34,080 nt of DNA from Nitrospinota bacterium (GTDB taxonomy: Bacteria > UBA8248): positions 1 through 34,080 of the forward strand of contig JAZAHK010000015.1 of assembly GCA_036231405.1 (NCBI GenBank), written 5' to 3'. Positions within the stretch are counted from its first letter, which is position 1. Every line of letters begins with the position of its first letter. Made by a program: the position numbers and the translations under genes. Below the pieces are notes generated by a model. The model was not told the origin of the DNA. It was given only the letters and a program-made list of their open reading frames with translations, and ran no database searches. This document shows positions 29,206-34,080 of this stretch, piece after piece.

Positions 29206-29224
29206 ATTGAATGATTCATTCAAT
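29206..29224. promoter_or_regulatory. Palindromic operator candidate in the divergent tcuA-like/surE promoter region
   Basis: ATTGAATGA-T-TCATTCAAT: perfect 9-bp arms around a 1-nt centre. Confidence 0.55.
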
Positions 29225-29281
29225 TCAGAACTATTAATGATACAGAAATTTTAATTTAACTTGAAAAAGTTTTTTCAAAAA

Positions 29282-30046
29282 ATGTCAAGAATACTAATCA
29301 CTAATGATGATGGTATAGATTCAAAAGGGTTAGAAGCTCTACATGATGTGGCTACCTCTTTAGGTGATGTTTACGTTTTCGCGCCAAAAATAAATCAGAG
29401 CGCGACAGGTCATTCCTTAACACTGAACAGACCTCTCCGTGTTAAAGAAATTAAAGAAAGATGGTTTTCAGTAAATGGTACCCCCACTGATTGTGTCAAT
29501 GTTGCGCTAAACGGATTTTTAGAAGAAAAAAGACCAGACCTCATAATTTCTGGAATAAATATCGGCACAAATTTAGGGGATGATGTTACCTATTCAGGAA
29601 CCTTAGCCGCTGCAATGGAGGGAACGCTTCTTGGCGTTTCTTCTATTGCCATTTCCCAAGATTGCGAAGAAAATGATTCAACAGATTTTGAATTAGCACA
29701 AAAGGCAATTTTTTTTCTTGGCGAAAAAATCTTAAAGGAAAAATTGCCACCTAGAGTTTTTCTAAATGTAAACATCCCAAACATTTCGACAAAAGACTTT
29801 AATGGTTTCAAAATCACAAACCAAGGAAAAAGAGTATACGGCGACAAAATAGTAAAAAGAAAGGACCCAAGAGGAATTGACTATTTCTGGATCGGTGGTG
29901 ATAAACTAAACTCAGAAAATGAGCCTAATACTGATTTTGTTGCCATTGAATCTAATCATATTTCTATAACTCCATTAAATTTAGACTTAACTGACGAAAA
30001 AGTAAAAATACAACTTGAGGAATGGGATTTCAATGAACTTATTTAA
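29282..30046 (+). CDS. surE: 5'/3'-nucleotidase SurE
   Basis: ILITNDDG, QSATGHSLT, GTPTDCV, SGINIGTNLGDDVTYSGT, ISITPL. Confidence 0.95.
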   Translation: MSRILITNDDGIDSKGLEALHDVATSLGDVYVFAPKINQSATGHSLTLNRPLRVKEIKERWFSVNGTPTDCVNVALNGFLEEKRPDLIISGINIGTNLGDDVTYSGTLAAAMEGTLLGVSSIAISQDCEENDSTDFELAQKAIFFLGEKILKEKLPPRVFLNVNIPNISTKDFNGFKITNQGKRVYGDKIVKRKDPRGIDYFWIGGDKLNSENEPNTDFVAIESNHISITPLNLDLTDEKVKIQLEEWDFNELI

Positions 30047-30713
30047 AGACAGTCCAATGAATAGTGAAAAGAGATGGGAAATTGCTCGATTAGAAATGAT
30101 AGAAAAACAGATCATTGGAAGAGGAATTAAAGACAAAAAAGTAATTAATGTCATGAGCAAAGTCCCTAGACACTATTTCTGTCCAGAAGTTTTCAAAGAA
30201 GATTCTTACGCAGACAAGTCGATTCCTATAGGGCACGGACAAACCATTTCTCAGCCTTACATGGTAGCTGTAAGTCTGGAATCACTTTCACTCAAAGGCA
30301 ATGAAAAGATTCTCGAAATAGGCTCTGGTTCTGGCTATGTTACTGCACTGTTATGTGAAATGGGATTGACTGTTCGATCTATCGAACGAATATCAGAACT
30401 CTCTGACACTGCAAGAAAGAAACTTGAGGAACTTGGATACTCAAATTTTCTGCTATGGACTGCAGACGGAACCTATGGTTGGAGCGAAGAAGCACCCTTT
30501 GATGTGATCCTTTCTGCTGCTTCTGGAGTTAGGCCTCCGCAACCGTGGTTAGAACAACTTACAGAGACGGGAAATCTTATAATGCCCATAGGCGATGAAA
30601 AAAAACAAATTTTAACTAAAGTAATAAGCGACAAAAACGGCACTTTCAAAGTAGAAGAGGTTGTTGGATGTGTTTTCGTAAAACTTATTGGGCGTCATGG
30701 CTGGAAATCGTGA
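30033..30713 (+). CDS. pcm: Protein-L-isoaspartate O-methyltransferase
   Basis: VPRH.F, PIGHGQTISQPYMV, LEIGSGSGY, DGTYGW.EEAPFD; conserved position after surE; start ATG 30033 or 30057. Confidence 0.93.
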   Translation: MNLFKDSPMNSEKRWEIARLEMIEKQIIGRGIKDKKVINVMSKVPRHYFCPEVFKEDSYADKSIPIGHGQTISQPYMVAVSLESLSLKGNEKILEIGSGSGYVTALLCEMGLTVRSIERISELSDTARKKLEELGYSNFLLWTADGTYGWSEEAPFDVILSAASGVRPPQPWLEQLTETGNLIMPIGDEKKQILTKVISDKNGTFKVEEVVGCVFVKLIGRHGWKS

Positions 30714-30719
30714 GTGACT

Positions 30720-30795
30720 CGGAGAGTAGCGCAGCATAGTACGCTTAGCATTCGGGACGCTGAGGTCGTGAATTCAAGTCTCACCGTCCCGACCA
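30720..30795 (+). pseudogene. Degenerate tRNA-Pro (CGG), probable pseudo-tRNA
   Basis: CGG...TAGCGCAGC...TTCGGGA loop...GGTC...TTCAAGT...CCCGACCA; defects in all four arms; D-loop GG lost. Confidence 0.8.
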
Positions 30796-30825
30796 ATTTG
30801 GATTTTATTTTAGAAGGAGATTGCA

Positions 30826-31275
30826 GTGAAAAATCGTCCTAGGGAAATGGATGAATTTTTAACCGACCCAAGAATTGCACGCATTTCTTCAATTAATCAA
30901 GATGGCTCTCCACATATAATTCCAGTTGTCTATCTTTTTTTTCCTGAGAAAGGCACTTTTTATTTCAACACAAAAATTCACACCCTCACGATAAAGAATT
31001 TTAGAAGAAACCCTCAAGCGTCTGTATGTATAGACGATGGAGTCCATCCATTTCGAGCTGTTACAGTATCAGGTGTTGCATATATCTCAGAGGAAATGGG
31101 AACAGACCATGAAGGACAAAAGATGCTCGTGGATCATTTCTACGGCCCTGAAATGTGGGCAGATTGGGTCAAATCACCCCGAGCACAGGAAATTAGAGTT
31201 CGTGTAACTATAGAACCAAAAAAATGGAAATGGTGGGATCAACGCAGAAAAATATCAGGATCTGTAATCTTGTAA
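30826..31275 (+). CDS. Pyridoxamine 5'-phosphate oxidase-like (split-barrel flavin/F420-binding) protein
   Basis: ARISSINQDGSPHIIPV, KNFRRNPQASVCIDD, AVTVSG, IEPKKWKWWD; GTG start with AAGGAG SD. Confidence 0.8.
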   Translation: MKNRPREMDEFLTDPRIARISSINQDGSPHIIPVVYLFFPEKGTFYFNTKIHTLTIKNFRRNPQASVCIDDGVHPFRAVTVSGVAYISEEMGTDHEGQKMLVDHFYGPEMWADWVKSPRAQEIRVRVTIEPKKWKWWDQRRKISGSVIL

Positions 31276-31279
31276 ATTT

Positions 31280-32161
31280 TCACATAAATTTCCAACTTAC
31301 AAGTAAAGCGCCACCAACAGTAAGAAAAGTTCCGAGAATGATAAGCACCGTAACCTTCTCAACATCACGAAGAAAAAGATGACTGAGAATTAAGGCAAAA
31401 AAAGGCGAGGTAGACGATATAGGTTGCGTTATACTTATGTCTCCTCTCATAATCGCATGAAAACTTAAGATAAAAGTCGCTGTATTGACCAACCCACAAA
31501 GACCATAATAATACCATGCCTTCCCCCAAGATAAATTTGGGCGATAATCCTTGGGTAGAGCAAAAGAAAAACTTAAAATGAAAATAAGTCCAGAAATTGT
31601 TGTAATCGTCACACCAATCAAAGGAGAAAAAAGTATTCCTAGTCCTATTTTCCGAATAATAGCACCAGATGCAAAAGAGATAACAGCAGCTATTGGAAGC
31701 CACATGTAACGTCGATTCCAAGAGAAATCTCCTCTTTTTTTTATTGAGAATAAAGCACAACCAGCTACAATCATTAAAGTTCCAATCCAGATAAGCGTTC
31801 CAGGTCTTTCTCCAAGCACGATATATGCCAATATAACTGCAACGAGTGGTTGAACAGATTTCAGAGGAACTGCACGAGAAACTCCAAGATGATGGATTCC
31901 ATAAAAGTGGAACAACCTGCCAAAACATGGGCCTAGCAGTCCTGCTACCAAAAAACATAGTACAGCGGTTTCATCGATAGACCGTAGATCAGAAAAAATA
32001 AACACGAGTAAAAGCAAGAATGGAATGCTAACTATCAAACCTATTACTACACCCGAAGTAGCGTTCGCGTAACGTTGACCCATTCGAATAATGACACTAA
32101 ATGTTGCTGATCCAATAGCAGCAAACATAGCAAACACACACGCAGTAGCTTGATCAATCAT
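31280..32161 (-). CDS. EamA/DMT family transporter
   Basis: GPCFGRLF, GIHHLGVSRAVPL, LGERPG, GDISITQPISSTSPFF. Confidence 0.87.
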   Translation of the reverse strand: MIDQATACVFAMFAAIGSATFSVIIRMGQRYANATSGVVIGLIVSIPFLLLLVFIFSDLRSIDETAVLCFLVAGLLGPCFGRLFHFYGIHHLGVSRAVPLKSVQPLVAVILAYIVLGERPGTLIWIGTLMIVAGCALFSIKKRGDFSWNRRYMWLPIAAVISFASGAIIRKIGLGILFSPLIGVTITTISGLIFILSFSFALPKDYRPNLSWGKAWYYYGLCGLVNTATFILSFHAIMRGDISITQPISSTSPFFALILSHLFLRDVEKVTVLIILGTFLTVGGALLVSWKFM

Positions 32162-32186
32162 TTTCAGAAATTCCTAACAAAAACTT

Positions 32187-33107
32187 TTAAAATATACGCC
32201 ATGAAATAATCATTCCACCTATTACGATGAGCAGTGTGCCTATTACTATGAAGAAAGTAATCTTTTCTTCCTCCCTAAAAAACGCTCTACTAAAAAGCAA
32301 TGCAAAAAAAGGTGCCATTGAGGAGAGAGGAGTTACGATAGACAAATCACCATAATTAAGTCCAACGAAATGGAAAAAAACTGATGTTGTATTTAACAAA
32401 CCTGAGAAAGTATAAAATTTCCAAGCCTGGTAATTCTTTAAATTTGGCCTTTGGACAAGAGGAAATAAACGCGAGAAAAGAACAAGGAAAAAAAGCCCAG
32501 AGGTACTCATAATTGTGATTGCCAACAAAGGAGAATTTACTATCATTACTCCTGTTTTTCTAAATACATGTGAAAAAGACAGGGATAGTACGGCCACAAA
32601 AGGGATCCAAACATACTTCCTGTTCCAACTACTATCACTTTCTTTTTTATAAGTTATTGAAATACACCCACTCACAATTAATAAAGTTCCGAACCAGATA
32701 AATGGGCCTGGTCTTTCCCCTAGAAAAAGGACACCAAAAATGGTTGCGAATAAAGGCATCGTTGAAGTAAGGGGCATAGCTCTTGAAACCCCTAAATAAT
32801 GAATCCCTGAGAAATAAAGGACTCTACCTACTGCAGGTCCAAGAAAACCCGCTACAGAAAGTTTAATTAACGCATCCAAATTCCACCAATGTGGTTCCCA
32901 TGTAAAATAGGTCAAAAGAAGTAATAGAGGAACACTTATAATCAAACCAATGAGAACACCAGTATAAGCGTTTCCATAATACCTTCCCTGTCTTACTATG
33001 ATAGAGAATGTGCCAGTAGAAATTGCAGTTAGAATGGAAAAAACACCTGCTAGAGTAAGATCAGTCATCAGCCTTAAGAATAGATGGGGAACAATAATTT
33101 TACCCAT
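32187..33107 (-). CDS. EamA/DMT family transporter
   Basis: GPAVGRVL, GIHYLGVSRAMPL, LGERPG, GDLSIVTPLSSMAPFF; start may be ATG 33068. Confidence 0.87.
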   Translation of the reverse strand: MGKIIVPHLFLRLMTDLTLAGVFSILTAISTGTFSIIVRQGRYYGNAYTGVLIGLIISVPLLLLLTYFTWEPHWWNLDALIKLSVAGFLGPAVGRVLYFSGIHYLGVSRAMPLTSTMPLFATIFGVLFLGERPGPFIWFGTLLIVSGCISITYKKESDSSWNRKYVWIPFVAVLSLSFSHVFRKTGVMIVNSPLLAITIMSTSGLFFLVLFSRLFPLVQRPNLKNYQAWKFYTFSGLLNTTSVFFHFVGLNYGDLSIVTPLSSMAPFFALLFSRAFFREEEKITFFIVIGTLLIVIGGMIISWRIF

Positions 33108-33230
33108 ACTAACATTACTCGGAAGAATAACCCCATTCTGATAAGATATTTTTTACATTTGAGTATTTAGATCATTTTTCTTAAAATCTTTCATAAAGAG
33201 ATGATTCATTTCTGCTAAGAAGGAAACAAC

Positions 33231-33788
33231 ATGAAACCAACTGAACAATTGGACAAAGCTTTTGAATCGGCATTAAGAGATAGAGAGAATTTCATTAAAT
33301 TCGTCAAAGAATTTACATATGAGCAAGCATCGTGGAAACCCCCAGACAGCGAATGGAGTATTATGGAAAATATCGAACATACTCTCTTGGTTGATGTTTT
33401 CTTTAGAGAAACTGCAATGGAAACTTTGAATCATGCAAAAAAAACCGGTAACTGGATTACTGAATTAGAGAATAATGACAAAATGACACTAGAAGCCCTA
33501 AGAAACAGGGAACAAGGATTTATCCATTCCCCTGCCTTCTTGCTCCCCAAAGGCAGAAACGACGTAAAACAAATGATCAAGGAACTTTATCCATCGAAAA
33601 TGGCAATACATGAATCATTTATTCTTTTTCGATCCAAAGATTTATCACTCCTTATACCAAAGCCATACAATCTTACTTATGGCCCATTGAATATGTATGA
33701 ACGTATATACTATTCAGGTATTCACGACTATTTACACCAAGAACAAATGGAAAGAGTGATCGTACAAAAAGATTTTATCAAAATTTAA
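33231..33788 (+). CDS. DinB/YfiT-family putative metalloenzyme
   Basis: WKP...WSIMENIEH N-terminal His and HDYLHQEQ (HxxxH) C-terminal motif. Confidence 0.8.
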   Translation: MKPTEQLDKAFESALRDRENFIKFVKEFTYEQASWKPPDSEWSIMENIEHTLLVDVFFRETAMETLNHAKKTGNWITELENNDKMTLEALRNREQGFIHSPAFLLPKGRNDVKQMIKELYPSKMAIHESFILFRSKDLSLLIPKPYNLTYGPLNMYERIYYSGIHDYLHQEQMERVIVQKDFIKI

Positions 33789-33823
33789 AATTAATTAATT
33801 ACTATATGTTCTTGTTATATATT

Positions 33824-34080
33824 ATGAAAATATTGATATTCGCCTTTTTACTTATTCCAGTCACTTCCCTTCTGAGTTTGAACTTTGTTCATTCCCACCA
33901 TACGAGCAAAATTAAATATATAGAACAAAGTGTTGGAACGAAAACCAGTAAAAATTTCATAACTGAACTTAGGATGGAAGAGGCTTCCTTGCCTAAAAAC
34001 TTCATAAAGAAACTCACAGAAAAACAAATTCATGCGCTTTTAGAAAAAACAAAAATTACTCATCGATTTAATCTAAGCAT
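33824..34080 (+). CDS. Partial exported hypothetical protein (runs off the window end)
   Basis: ATG 33824, MKILIFAFLLIPVTSLLSLNFVHSHH... signal-peptide-like; frame open to the end of the window; absent from the ORF track. Confidence 0.55.
   Translation, partial: MKILIFAFLLIPVTSLLSLNFVHSHHTSKIKYIEQSVGTKTSKNFITELRMEEASLPKNFIKKLTEKQIHALLEKTKITHRFNLS

Noticed and set aside
33848-34033. 61-aa minus-strand ORF
   Set aside because: The plus-strand frame from ATG 33824, with a signal-like peptide and open to the window end, is the better candidate

Overview
AT-rich, densely coding bacterial chromosome segment, probably from a diderm (DsbA-type oxidoreductase, Tat-exported binding protein, surE-pcm). 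The core is a complete urea uptake and urease operon, urtABCDE-ureABCEFGD (about 12.1-22.9 kb). To its left is a catabolic/redox block: Ldh_2-family dehydrogenase, TM0106-like nuclease, luciferase-like monooxygenase, MmgE/PrpD protein, amidase, CocE/NonD hydrolase, M23 peptidase and two tandem cupins. To its right are a Sel1-repeat trypsin-like protease, tRNA-Pro(GGG), three EamA/DMT transporters, an SDR, a TcuA-like flavoprotein, surE-pcm, a PPOX-like protein and a DinB protein. Signals the ORF track misses: (1) ORFs 9759..10010 and 9420..9728 appear to be one OsmC/Ohr-family gene with an in-frame UGA at the catalytic Cys position followed by a SECIS-like hairpin, i.e. a probable selenoprotein; (2) a decaying tRNA-Pro(CGG) after pcm; (3) an apparent ATC start codon for the amidase; (4) GAAAC repeats at 11/22-bp spacing upstream of urtA that resemble GlnR boxes; (5) a 19-bp palindrome between the TcuA-like gene and surE. 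No CRISPR array, integrase or transposase was seen. All protein calls come from motif recognition by eye, not database searches.
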